DNA of 64,000 nucleotides, taken from NCBI GenBank assembly GCA_963725865.1, contig CAVSAC010000010.1:352001-416000 (forward strand), given 5' to 3'. Shown here in pieces: positions 30,102 to 39,676 of this stretch (positions are counted from its first letter, which is position 1; the number at the start of each line of letters is the position of its first letter). The stretch comes from Candidatus Eiseniibacteriota bacterium (GTDB taxonomy: Bacteria > Eisenbacteria > RBG-16-71-46). The notes under the pieces are model-generated. The model searched no databases and was not told the DNA's origin. It saw nothing but the letters and a program-made list of their open reading frames with translations. A program made the translations under genes and the position numbers.

Positions 30102-32303
30102 TCAGTGCGCCATCACCATGCGCCGGGTCTCGCCCACCCCACCGGCATCGAGCCGGCAGAAGTAGAGTCCTGTCGGCAGCCGCTCTCCCCGATCGTCGCG
30201 CCCGTCCCAGTCGAAGTCGTGACGGCCGGCTTCCAGCACGCTCCCGCTGGCCAGCGTCCGCACCACCCGGCCGGTCACGTCGAAGATCCGAAGCGAGACA
30301 TGAGCCGGCCGCGCGAGGTCGAATGCGATGCTCGTCCGGGTGCCGAACGGGTTCGGCAGGTTCTGGCGCAGCCGGCTGGCGCTCGGGGGCGCGCCTCGGT
30401 CGACGGATGCGACGGCATTGGAGTCGTAGATCATCGCGACGAACTCAGGATGGTCCACGAACGGATTCCGGTTGTTCTGGATCACGTAGATCGCGCCGTT
30501 GCGCAGGCGCTCCTTCCAGCTCACGGGATCGGCGGTGGACCACTGCAGGTACTGCGCGGCCGCCCACGGCAACAGTTCCGCGCCGTTCGCCGACGCGCTG
30601 CTCGACCAGGCGCCGTCCTCGCCGAAGTAGCGCGTCGCGACGTAGAAGGTGCTGCGCGCGAGGTCGCCCTTGAACGCATCGATCGGCTCGAACACGGTGC
30701 CGCTGTAGCCCGCACTCGCGCTGGGGCCGAGCTTGCTGCCGTTCAGCGAGGTGTAGGTCGCGGCGCCCACGTTCCCGAATGCGTAGTTCGAGCGGTGACC
30801 GTTCACGTAGGAGTCCGTCGGATAGAGGATCCACAGGTCGGAGTACGGCGGGGACACCCCGTTGAACCAGGATTGCGGCCACGAGTGTTCGCGATTGTAT
30901 CCGAGCCCCTCGCCCGCGCCCTGGCCGGTCTGGCCGACGCTGTACTCGTAGGGCGGCGTGCCGCCGGGGATGTCGGAGTACACATCCCAGATCTTGCCAT
31001 TGGGCTTGACGTCTGTGGTCGCGAACGCCGTCAGGGCGTAAGCGTAGCTCTTCACGGTGTGGTTCCTGATGATCTCGTGGAGGGCGAGCCGCAGCGCCGA
31101 GCCCTTGAGGCCGATGGCGCTGTCGTAGTACCCGGCCGGGACGCTCACGTTGACGTAGTTGAATCCGCAGGTGGCGCCGAACGTCATGTTGGCCGACAGG
31201 TCAGCCACGCCGTTCACCGTCAGTGTCTGGGACCCCGCCGGAATGCTCCGGACGGTCACGAGCACCTGCGAGGGCTGGAGCAGGTCGCGCACCGCGTTGA
31301 CCGCACCGAGCGCACCGACCGTGTAGTGGCCCGGAATCTCGGCGCTCGCCTCGTCCACCGGCTCGCTGAACTGCACGAGCAGCGTCGAGTCGCTCATCTC
31401 GCCCACGGCCAGGACGGTCGGCGCTCCCGTGCCCCCTCCGCCGAGCGAGTAGCTGCGGACCGATGAGGTGCCGGTCGCCGTCGCCCCGACCGCCTGCACC
31501 TGGTAGTAGACCGAGGCGCCCGCGGATTGGGCCGGAATCGGCGTGCTCGTCCGGTACGTGGAATCCGCCAGCGGCGACATCGCGATGGAGTTGGGCAGCG
31601 AGACCGCGCTCGCGCCCCACGCCAGCGTGACGGAGGCGACGGCCCCCGCGTCGTCCACGACGCTCGCCAGGACGTCCACGCCGGAACCCGTCACCGGGGT
31701 CGCGGGGTCGGTCACGACGTTGGAGATGCGGGGCCCCGGTGCCGGGGGCGCCGAGCCGTTGTGCGAACCGGGGCTCGCGTCGGTCGCGAGGGTCACCGCG
31801 GTCGCGGTCCACTCGGAAGGCGTGAAGACCGGATTGGGACCGGTGACGTTCGCGTTGCGGACGAGGTCGGCGTTCTCGAACAGCGTCCCGGTCGCGACCA
31901 CCAGGTCGATCACGGTGCCGGCGGCGTTCTTCAACTTCGCCCCGTCCCCCACCTTTCCGTTCCAGTTCATGTAGCCCGCGGTGGTGGCCCAGACCGCGCT
32001 CGGGAAGTCCACGGTGAAGCCGGTGACGGTGGCCGGCCCGCCGCAGACCTTCGCCTGGCCGGCGTTCAGCGTGCCGGAGAGGGGCCACGTGGTGACGTCC
32101 ACGTTGTTCGCCACCGCGACCACCGACCAGCTCGTGAGGTCCACGGCGTCCGGGCCGGTGTTGTAGATCTCGATGAAACGATCGGTCGTGTAGTTGTTCA
32201 GGGGATCGCAGAGTTCGGAGAGGATCACGCTCGAGCGGGCGGAATCGCTGGCAACCGACACCGCGACCATCGCGGCCAATAGCAGCGCAGGGAGCTTTCG
32301 CAA
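30102..32303 (-). CDS. Secreted endonuclease I-family (Bsn/EndA-like) nuclease with lamin-tail-like and Ig-like domains and CTD
   Basis: TTG start with signal peptide. ILSELCDP..FIEIYNTG (LTD-like); NREHSWPQSW, FEPIDAFKGDLAR, QNNRNPFVDHPEF; tail QNLPNPF..IFDVTGRVVRTL..WDGRDDRG..GLYFCRL. Confidence 0.92.
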   Translation of the reverse strand: MRKLPALLLAAMVAVSVASDSARSSVILSELCDPLNNYTTDRFIEIYNTGPDAVDLTSWSVVAVANNVDVTTWPLSGTLNAGQAKVCGGPATVTGFTVDFPSAVWATTAGYMNWNGKVGDGAKLKNAAGTVIDLVVATGTLFENADLVRNANVTGPNPVFTPSEWTATAVTLATDASPGSHNGSAPPAPGPRISNVVTDPATPVTGSGVDVLASVVDDAGAVASVTLAWGASAVSLPNSIAMSPLADSTYRTSTPIPAQSAGASVYYQVQAVGATATGTSSVRSYSLGGGGTGAPTVLAVGEMSDSTLLVQFSEPVDEASAEIPGHYTVGALGAVNAVRDLLQPSQVLVTVRSIPAGSQTLTVNGVADLSANMTFGATCGFNYVNVSVPAGYYDSAIGLKGSALRLALHEIIRNHTVKSYAYALTAFATTDVKPNGKIWDVYSDIPGGTPPYEYSVGQTGQGAGEGLGYNREHSWPQSWFNGVSPPYSDLWILYPTDSYVNGHRSNYAFGNVGAATYTSLNGSKLGPSASAGYSGTVFEPIDAFKGDLARSTFYVATRYFGEDGAWSSSASANGAELLPWAAAQYLQWSTADPVSWKERLRNGAIYVIQNNRNPFVDHPEFVAMIYDSNAVASVDRGAPPSASRLRQNLPNPFGTRTSIAFDLARPAHVSLRIFDVTGRVVRTLASGSVLEAGRHDFDWDGRDDRGERLPTGLYFCRLDAGGVGETRRMVMAH

Positions 32304-32493
32304 GTACGGGGGCTTGCCTTTCCGGATCGGCCCACACGGTGCCGGCTGACGAGGCCTCCCAGGGATCGCGGGAATACCGCTGACGATCCGGGCCAGGCTC
32401 CAACCGGTGCGCGCATGGAGTGGATGTCCATAATCCTAAGCGGTCGGATGACCGCGAGGGAAGCAGGCCGGCTCGGACCCCGGACGTCCCGTC

Positions 32494-32784
32494 TCAGCCC
32501 GCGGGCGAGACGTCGCCGTGGCGACGGCGCTCGGCGGCCCGCGCCCGAGCCTTGGCCGCCTCGACCTCGCGGTCGCGCGGGGGCGCGGTCGTGACCAGTG
32601 AGTCCAGCAGCTCGCGCGCGGCCCGCGCCACCTCGTCCACCGCCCGCGCGAAGGCCGGCTCGTTCACTCGCGAGGGCCGCGTGCATCCGCTCAGCTTGCG
32701 CACGAACTGCAGCGCGGACGCGCGGATCTCCTCATCGGTCGCGGGCGGCGAGAAGTTGTGCAGCGTCCGGATGTTTCGACACAC
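32494..32784 (-). CDS. DUF2277 family protein
   Basis: AGGAGGAG RBS, GTG 32784; MCRNIRTLHNFSPPATDEEIRASALQFVRKLSG..APPRDREVEAAKARAR. Confidence 0.9.
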   Translation of the reverse strand: MCRNIRTLHNFSPPATDEEIRASALQFVRKLSGCTRPSRVNEPAFARAVDEVARAARELLDSLVTTAPPRDREVEAAKARARAAERRRHGDVSPAG

Positions 32785-32849
32785 GACGGCTCCTCCTTCC
32801 GAACGGTCAGGTCGCTCGAACGGGCCCAGCGCCCGGCGTGGCCAGCGAA

Positions 32850-33075
32850 TCACCGGTTCGCGTGCGCGTCGCGATCCAGGCGGTTCCGCGACATCACGTG
32901 CCCGTCGCCACCCTGGGTCACGAGCTCGTATTCGCGGCCGAGGCGCTGCAGGCGCTCCGCGAGATGGAGCGGGTGCATCGCGTCCACCCCGCCGTCGGCC
33001 CCACCCTGCATGATCGACAGCGGGCCGGCAAGCCCCTCCGGCCAGCGCACGGCGGAGCGGGATTCCGCGATCGCC
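32850..33075 (-). pseudogene. C-terminal fragment of an S9/prolyl-oligopeptidase-type alpha/beta hydrolase
   Basis: RSAVRWPEGLAGPLSIMQGGADGGV..LAERLQRLGREYELVTQGGDGH retains catalytic Asp- and His-like motifs; no GxSxG region upstream. Confidence 0.55.
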
Positions 33076-33262
33076 GCTCGCGCGGCTCGGGGTCGGCTTG
33101 TCGCGCGGCCTTCCAGGCGGCACAATCGCCCTGCGATCGGTCCACCCAGGGCCTCCTGCCCTGGATCGAAGGACGGTGGCGGTGCCCAGGTGCCGCGCTC
33201 CTCACGGTGCGCGTGACCGCGCGCCCGCAGCGACGATCACGGAAGGTGGAGAGCCCGAGACG

Positions 33263-34091
33263 ATGGCGGTTCGTCAACAGCGTTTCTCGATCCTGTGGTT
33301 CAGCGTCCAGGTGCTGGTGCAGTACGCGCTCCTGCTCGTCGCGTTCCGGTTCCTGCTTCCCACGGTCTGGAGCCGCCAGTTCGCGGCGGGGTGGCCGGCG
33401 CTGGTGCTCAGCTTCCTCGTCGGGCACCTGAGCATCTGTTTCTTCGAGTGGGGATTCCACCGCTACGTGCTCCATTCGATCACGACCCGCTGGCTCGCGT
33501 ACTTCGCTCGCGGGCACCGCCACCATCACAGTCTGACTCCGATCCGATTGCAGCCGGTAGCGGCCGGCTCGGACCGTTACATCCTCAACCGCTACCCGAT
33601 CACCGAGGAGGCGCAGTATCCGGACTCGGCGTTCCCGGTCTACGCCTTGATCGCCTTCTGGGCGCTGTTCACCCCGCTGCTGCGTGGGGCTCCAGCTCCT
33701 GTGGCCGCGCGTGCCGTTCCTGATCCCCGGCTACACCGCCATCACCTGGTCCATGTGCCTGTACGAGATCCTGCACGCGATCGAGCACCAGCCCTACGAG
33801 TGGTGGAAGGCCGCGACCGAGCACCCGCGCGTGGGCCTCGTGTGGCGCCAGCTGTACGGCTTCCATCACATGCATCACGCCAACATCTCGTGCAACGAGG
33901 CGATCTCGGGGTTCTTCGGGCTGCCGGTCGCCGACTGGGTGCTCGGAACCTACCATCAGCCGCGTGAGCTGCTGCTGGAAGGTCGGCTGGCCACCGCGAA
34001 GGACTTCGCGATTCCCCCACCGCCGCGGCTGGTGCGCTGGGTGGACGAGTGGGTGCGCAAGCGCGAGTCCCACGTGCGCCGGCCCCACTAG
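33263..34091 (+). CDS. Fatty-acid hydroxylase / sterol desaturase superfamily membrane di-iron enzyme; one-base frameshift near 33683
   Basis: His boxes EWGFHRYVLH and GHRHHH in the first frame; YEILHAIEH and FHHMHH in ORF 33684..34091. Confidence 0.82.
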
Positions 34092-34153
34092 CGCTCGCTC
34101 CGCCCATCGCTTTCCGTGATCGCGTGACGCGCGGGTCACACCGAGGCGCCGCG

Positions 34154-36280
34154 CTACGAGAAGCTCGCGCCTTCGCGCTGCAGCACCTCGGAGACCGGCC
34201 TCGGCATGCCGATGTGATAGCCCTGGGCATGATCGACGCCGAGCCCACGGAGTAGGGAGGCCGTCTCCTCGTCAGCGACGAACTCGCCGACGGTCTGCTT
34301 GCCCATGCCGCGTGCGATGCCGACGATCGCCTCGACCACCAGCTGATCCACCGGACTGGTGGTGAGGCCGCGGATGAACTCCCCGTCGATCTTCAGGTAG
34401 TCGAACGGAAAATTCTTGAGGTAGGAGAAGGAGCCGAATCCCGCGCCGAAGTCGTCGAGCGCGAAGCGGCAGCCCCGTCCACGCAGTCGACTCGCGAAGT
34501 CCCTGGCCTCCTCGAAGTTGGCGATCGCCGCGGTCTCGGTGAGCTCAAGGATCAGTCGGGCCGGGTCGATCTCGGCTTCCGCCAGGGTCGTCTCGATGAG
34601 CTCGACGAGCTTGCGGTCGCCGATGGACTTGCCCGACAGATTGACGTTCAGCACCAGGTCGAGGCCGGCGCGCATGTGCTGAGCGATCAGGTCGATCGCC
34701 TGACGAACGACCCAGCCGTCGATCGCCTGGATCAGGCCGAAGCGCTCGGCGGCGTAGAGGAAGGCGCTCGGCGGGAGCACCTTCCCCGTTCGATCGTCCG
34801 GGAGGCGGAGCAGGAGCTCGTACTGGCAGATCTGGTTCGTGGTGAGGTCGAGGATCGGCTGACAGTGGAGGGTCAGGCGATTGTCCTCGAGGGCGCGGCG
34901 GACCCGTTCGGCCTCGGCGAGCCTCGCCGAGCCGCGTTCACGCCCCGCCGCGACGGGCCGGTTCACCGCGAATCGATTCCGCCCGGCATCCTTGGCTTCG
35001 TACAGAGCGAGGTCGGCGCACGCGAGCACCTCGAGGTCGGTCATCCCGTCGAGCAGCGTGACCCCGATGCTGGCCGTGACGTGGATCGAGTGATCGTCGA
35101 GCACCACTTGTTGTCGGCCGAGCGCCCGGACGAGATCGTCGGCCACGCTCTGTGCATGCTCGGCGTCCGTCTGCGGGAGCACCACGGCGAATTCGTCCCC
35201 GCCGATCCGCGCCACGATGTCCGTGTGACGAAGTCGTTCGTGAAGCACCTCCGCGACGCCCTTGAGCACGTCGTCTCCGGCACGGTGGCCGAAGGTGTCG
35301 TTGATGTCCTTGAAGTTGTCGAGATCGATGACGAGGGCCGCTCCGGGGGCTCCATAACGAGCCACTCGATCGATCTCCTTCGTGAGTTCCTGCTCGAATC
35401 GCCGGCGATTGTAGAGTCCCGTCAGGTAGTCGTGGTCCACGAAGTGCTCGAGGTGCCGCGCCAGATCCTTGCGTTCCGTGATGTCCTGCACCTGAGTGAC
35501 GAGGTAGCTGGGCTTCCGGTCGTCGTCGCGGACCAGGGACACGGTCACCAGCGCCCAGACGTGGTGACCCTTCGCATGTCGATACCGTTTCTCGACGTGG
35601 TAGCTGGGAATGTGGCCGGCCAGCAACTGGATCAGGTCTTGCGCGTCGATCTCGACGTCATCGGGATGCGTCAGCGCACGGAGCGTCGTGGCCTTCAGCT
35701 CCTGCTCGGTGCGGCCGGTGATGCGGCACAGCGCATCGTTGACCTGCAGCCAGCGATCGTCCATGGCGATCATCGCCATGCCGATCGGGGCGTTGTCGAA
35801 TGCGCTCTCGAATCGCTCGCGCACCTCGCGCAGGCCTCGTTCCACCTCGCGCGCTCCGCTCGCGAGGCGTTCGCGTTTCGAGATCTCCTCGTGGAGCTGC
35901 ACGTTGATGGCCGCGAGTTCGACCTGGGTCGCTTCGAGCTCGTCGATCCTGCGCAGCTGCGCCATGCCGGCGGATGCCAGCAGCGCGGTGCGCCGGCCGA
36001 CATGATCCACGAGCTGGCGGGGCGCCTGTCGGAGGACCACCTCGAGGCGCTCGAGCCGCTCGAGCGCCTCCGAGAGCGCCTGGCTTCTGCGCGCCCCGAT
36101 CCCTCGACGCAGCACCGCCTGGGCGGCCGTCAGGTCCGAGATCCACGCGCGAGCGGCGTCCTCGAGCTGGCCCCGCGCCCTGCGAAGTACTTCTTCGAGC
36201 CGGCCCGCGGCGGCCTCCTCCTTGCCGACGCGTCTTCGTCGGGATCCAGATCCATCTGCTGATCCACTGGGGTTCGTCAC
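34154..36280 (-). CDS. PAS/PAC-GGDEF-EAL diguanylate cyclase/phosphodiesterase (start uncertain)
   Basis: FESAFDNAPIGMA PAS, QDITERK, DYLTGLYNRRRF, RHTD I-site, GGDEF, YELLLR, ELTET, LDDFGAG, LKIDG, QGY. GTG 36280 chosen from an upstream GGAG. Confidence 0.9.
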   Translation of the reverse strand: MTNPSGSADGSGSRRRRVGKEEAAAGRLEEVLRRARGQLEDAARAWISDLTAAQAVLRRGIGARRSQALSEALERLERLEVVLRQAPRQLVDHVGRRTALLASAGMAQLRRIDELEATQVELAAINVQLHEEISKRERLASGAREVERGLREVRERFESAFDNAPIGMAMIAMDDRWLQVNDALCRITGRTEQELKATTLRALTHPDDVEIDAQDLIQLLAGHIPSYHVEKRYRHAKGHHVWALVTVSLVRDDDRKPSYLVTQVQDITERKDLARHLEHFVDHDYLTGLYNRRRFEQELTKEIDRVARYGAPGAALVIDLDNFKDINDTFGHRAGDDVLKGVAEVLHERLRHTDIVARIGGDEFAVVLPQTDAEHAQSVADDLVRALGRQQVVLDDHSIHVTASIGVTLLDGMTDLEVLACADLALYEAKDAGRNRFAVNRPVAAGRERGSARLAEAERVRRALEDNRLTLHCQPILDLTTNQICQYELLLRLPDDRTGKVLPPSAFLYAAERFGLIQAIDGWVVRQAIDLIAQHMRAGLDLVLNVNLSGKSIGDRKLVELIETTLAEAEIDPARLILELTETAAIANFEEARDFASRLRGRGCRFALDDFGAGFGSFSYLKNFPFDYLKIDGEFIRGLTTSPVDQLVVEAIVGIARGMGKQTVGEFVADEETASLLRGLGVDHAQGYHIGMPRPVSEVLQREGASFS

Positions 36281-36665
36281 CCTCGACTCCGCACTCCGGC
36301 CAGTACCGAAGCACATGCTCGCCAACCGGGACCGAGTTCGTCCCCCCTTGGTACCCGAGCGGTCTTGGCCGCAGTGTCCACCCTCGCCCGCCCTGGCGCG
36401 AGACAATTCGACGTGCTCGGTGTTCAGACCCGCGCGACGACGCTTCAGGCGACAAGCGCCCGTGGTGGGCGGATTCGATGTTCGGTCCGGGGCGTGGCCT
36501 CGTTTCGTTCACCGTGCGGCTCCCTTAGGGAGCCGACGTGCGGGTGACGAGCGTCGCGGTGCCGGGCGGATGAGGCAGCGGCTCTGCGAGCACGGCGCCC
36601 CGGTGCCCGCGAGCTCCCGCGCCGAGCAGTGCCAGCACCCACAGCGCGGGCGCGAGCACGTAGAA

Positions 36666-36690
36666 GCCCGGCGCGACGGCTGCGCCGGGC
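36666..36690 (-). terminator. Hairpin downstream of the 36714..39404 gene
   Basis: GCCCGGCGC-N7-GCGCCGGGC. Confidence 0.45.
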
Positions 36691-36713
36691 CTCGGGGTTC
36701 CGCTCTCGACGAC

Positions 36714-39404
36714 TCAGCGCACCAGCGCCACGCTCCGCGTGCCGATGGCGCGGCCGTCGACCTCGAGGCCCACGAAGTAGACGCCCGCGCGCACGCGCTG
36801 CCCGTCCTCGGCGCGCGCGTCCCACGACAGCTGGTGACGGCCCGCGGCCAACCGGCCGGCGTCGACGGTACGCACCCGGCGGCCCGCCACGTCGCAGACC
36901 GCGAGCCGCACCCGCGCCTCGCGCGCCAGCGAGAACGCGGCCTGCGCCGCGCCGCGGGTGGGATTGGGACCGAGCGCCTCGAACAGCGTGAGCGCCACGA
37001 TACCGGCGTCGCCGACGCCGGCGGTGGTCGTCAGCGTGGCGGGCGGCGTCGTGGTGCTGCCGCAGCTGTTGCTGACCACCATGGTGTAGGTGCCGAGGTC
37101 GGGCGCCCCGAGGTTGTGGATGTTCAGCACCTCCGACTGCGTGCCGCTGAGCACGGAGCCGGTGCCCGTCGGACCATCCGTGAGCGGCGCAGCATCGCGG
37201 TACCACTGCAGCGTGAGGTTGGTGTATCCCGTGTCGGGGATCGCGGTGAGGCTGAGGTCGGTTCCGAAGTCGACCGACTGCGAGAACGGGTAGCTGCGGA
37301 ACTGCGGCACGCCCGTCTCGTCGAACGACGCCCAGGTCGGCGTGTTGATGAACGAGCCGTTGTCCATGTTCGTGAAGTAGCCGCCCACGTCGACGATGTT
37401 GTCGTGGTGGGTGATGGTGTTGACGAGGTTGTCGGCGCCGCCGTGGACTTCGTGCCAGCTGCCGTCCCAGTAGCCCATGTGGTTCGCGACGACTCCGCCG
37501 AGGTTCGCGAACGTGCCGCCGACGTAGAGCCTGGTTCCCGTGGAGTGCATCCCTCGGATGTAGCCGTCCGCGCCGCCGGTCCCGAGTGTCGAATAGGTGC
37601 TGCCGTCCCACTGGACGATGTTCGGCGAGCCCGCGAGCCCCGGGAACAACCCGCCGATGACGAGCTGGCCGTCGTGGATCTCGAGCGCGAACACCTGTCC
37701 GCTCAACCCGCCTCCGACCGCGCTCCAGCTGGCTCCGTCCCAGCGGGCGAGGCCGCCCGTGGGCACGCCACCCGCCGACGTGAAGCTGCCGCCGGCGTAC
37801 AGGAAGCCGCCGAACGATCGGATCGCGTAGACGTCCCCGCCCGTGATCCCCAAGGCCAGCGGCTCCCACGCGCTGGCCGTGGAATTCCAGCGCGCGATGT
37901 GATTGAGCATCGTGGCTCCCGACGCGGTGAACGCGCCGCCGGCATACGTGGAGGTGTTGAATCGCTCGATCGCCTCGACCTCGCCGTTGAAGCCCGTGCC
38001 CATCGCTTCCCACGCGGGGGGCGGAAACGCGATCTGTCGCGCCACCCAGTGCGCGACGCTGGTGGCCGCGACGCCGCCCGCGTGCGTGAAGGTGCCGCCG
38101 GCGACGAGCTCGCTCGCGCCGAACGGTCCGGGGTTGGTGAAGGCCTTCAGCGCCGTGACGGGACCGTCCATGCCGGTGCCGAAGGTCGAGAACGTGGCGC
38201 CGTCCCAGCCAACGATGTTGTGCGCGACCGGGCCGATGAACGGAGCGCGGTGGAACGTCCCGGCGGCGACCGTCCGCGATCCGAACCGCGTCATCGCCTG
38301 CACGACGACGGTCGTGCTGCCGTTGTAGGCGCCCCAGTTCGTGCCGTCCCAGCGCGCGATGCGATTCATCGGGCGCGCGTCGATCGACGTGAACGTGCCC
38401 ATCGCGATCAGCTCGTTGCCATAGGTCTGCAGCCGGGTGTTCGTGCCCGTGACCGCGGCACCGACCTGGTGCAGTGCCCCGTCGTACATGAACACGCCGT
38501 TCGCAGGGCCGCCGCCACCGGTCAACCCCTCGCCGCAGACGTAGAGCTGGCCCTGGTAGACCTCGAGGTCGTTGAACGTCACGTTTCCGAGCGCCGGGGA
38601 GCTCGACCACGAGGTCCCGTTCCACGACGAGATGTGGTTGCCGCCCGCCGCCCAGAACGCGCCGTTGAAGCCCTGGAAATCCGACACACCGGTCAGCAGC
38701 CCGGCGCCCATGGCCGACCACGACGAGCCGTTCCAGCGCGCCACACCGTTCACCGCCGTGCCGCCCGCGCTGGTGAGCGCGCCGCCCACGATCAGCTCGG
38801 CTCCCCACAGGCCGATGCTGGAGATGTTGCCCTGGACGCCGCTGCCGAGCGCGGCCCACGACGAGCCGTTCCAGCGCGCGATGTTCGCCACCGGGAGCCC
38901 GCCGGCGGTGTTGAAGAGCCCCGCGGCGATCAGCTCGCCGTTGTACACGGTGACGGCGCGCACGTAAGTGCCGAGGATGCCGCTGCCGAGCGGCTGCCAC
39001 GAGCTGCCATTCCAGCGCGCGATCCGATTCACGGGCTGTCCGCCGGCGCTCACCAGCGTTCCGGCCACGATCAGCTCGCCGTTGTAGACCGTGAAGCACA
39101 TCACCTGTCCGCTGACGCTGGTCCCAAGGGAGTGCCAGAACCCGGTGGCCGGATCGTGTTCGGCGAGGCCGCCGGTCGGCAGGCCCTGCATGTCGAAGAA
39201 GGAACCGGCGACCACCAGTCGAGTCGACAGGGGCCCGGCTCCGTCGGGGTCCCACACCGTCGCTTCGCCGATCGGCCCGTCCGCGCCGTTGGCGATGTTG
39301 GAGTTGGGCAGCGGGCCGGTGCGCCATCCGGGGCAGAGGGCGAGCGCAGCCGATGGGACGAGCAGCGCGAGTAGCGCGAGCAGGGCGAACGATCGGGACT
39401 TCAT
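36714..39404 (-). CDS. Secreted beta-propeller repeat protein (about 14 IARWxGxxW repeats) with Ig-like domain and CTD
   Basis: GAGGAGG RBS, ATG 39404 MKSRSFALLALLALLVPSAALA. Repeats YNGELIxAG.F..AGG...NRIARWNGSSW.PLGSG; Ig motif LQWYRD..DLGTYTMVVSNSCG; tail GPNPTRG..DVAGRRVR..WDARAEDG..GVYFV. Confidence 0.88.
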   Translation of the reverse strand: MKSRSFALLALLALLVPSAALALCPGWRTGPLPNSNIANGADGPIGEATVWDPDGAGPLSTRLVVAGSFFDMQGLPTGGLAEHDPATGFWHSLGTSVSGQVMCFTVYNGELIVAGTLVSAGGQPVNRIARWNGSSWQPLGSGILGTYVRAVTVYNGELIAAGLFNTAGGLPVANIARWNGSSWAALGSGVQGNISSIGLWGAELIVGGALTSAGGTAVNGVARWNGSSWSAMGAGLLTGVSDFQGFNGAFWAAGGNHISSWNGTSWSSSPALGNVTFNDLEVYQGQLYVCGEGLTGGGGPANGVFMYDGALHQVGAAVTGTNTRLQTYGNELIAMGTFTSIDARPMNRIARWDGTNWGAYNGSTTVVVQAMTRFGSRTVAAGTFHRAPFIGPVAHNIVGWDGATFSTFGTGMDGPVTALKAFTNPGPFGASELVAGGTFTHAGGVAATSVAHWVARQIAFPPPAWEAMGTGFNGEVEAIERFNTSTYAGGAFTASGATMLNHIARWNSTASAWEPLALGITGGDVYAIRSFGGFLYAGGSFTSAGGVPTGGLARWDGASWSAVGGGLSGQVFALEIHDGQLVIGGLFPGLAGSPNIVQWDGSTYSTLGTGGADGYIRGMHSTGTRLYVGGTFANLGGVVANHMGYWDGSWHEVHGGADNLVNTITHHDNIVDVGGYFTNMDNGSFINTPTWASFDETGVPQFRSYPFSQSVDFGTDLSLTAIPDTGYTNLTLQWYRDAAPLTDGPTGTGSVLSGTQSEVLNIHNLGAPDLGTYTMVVSNSCGSTTTPPATLTTTAGVGDAGIVALTLFEALGPNPTRGAAQAAFSLAREARVRLAVCDVAGRRVRTVDAGRLAAGRHQLSWDARAEDGQRVRAGVYFVGLEVDGRAIGTRSVALVR

Positions 39405-39499
39405 GGGGCCTCCTCGAAGAAGGGCGGACAGGGGACCCGGAGGACCGGGAACCTGCGGAACCCGCGGCGGCCTGCTCGGCGGGGCGTGGTCACCGGTCC

Positions 39500-39527
39500 T
39501 TACGTCCGAAGCGCTCCGCGCGAACGC
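39500..39527 (-). promoter_or_regulatory. Shared bipartite motif copy 1: GCGTTC-N13-CGGACGTAA (putative ECF promoter)
   Basis: About 95 nt upstream of ATG 39404, same strand; identical spacing to the copies at 42292 and 49662. Confidence 0.65.
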
Positions 39528-39613
39528 GCGCGGTCGCACGCCCGCTCGCGGGCCCGCCCGAGACCCAGGGCAGGGTCGGGTCCTCGCTCGCAAGGGAGCG
39601 CCGCGGGTGCGTT

Positions 39614-39655
39614 GGCGGGCGGGCGCCCGCAGAATCCGCGGGCGGCCCGCCCGCC
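39614..39655 (-). terminator. Long GC hairpin between the two co-oriented CTD genes
   Basis: GGCGGGCGGGCGCCCGC-AGAATCC-GCGGGCGGCCCGCCCGCC (one bulge), 21 nt after stop 39677 and upstream of motif copy 1. Confidence 0.6.
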
Positions 39656-39676
39656 TCGGTGCGGCGGCCCGCCGCG

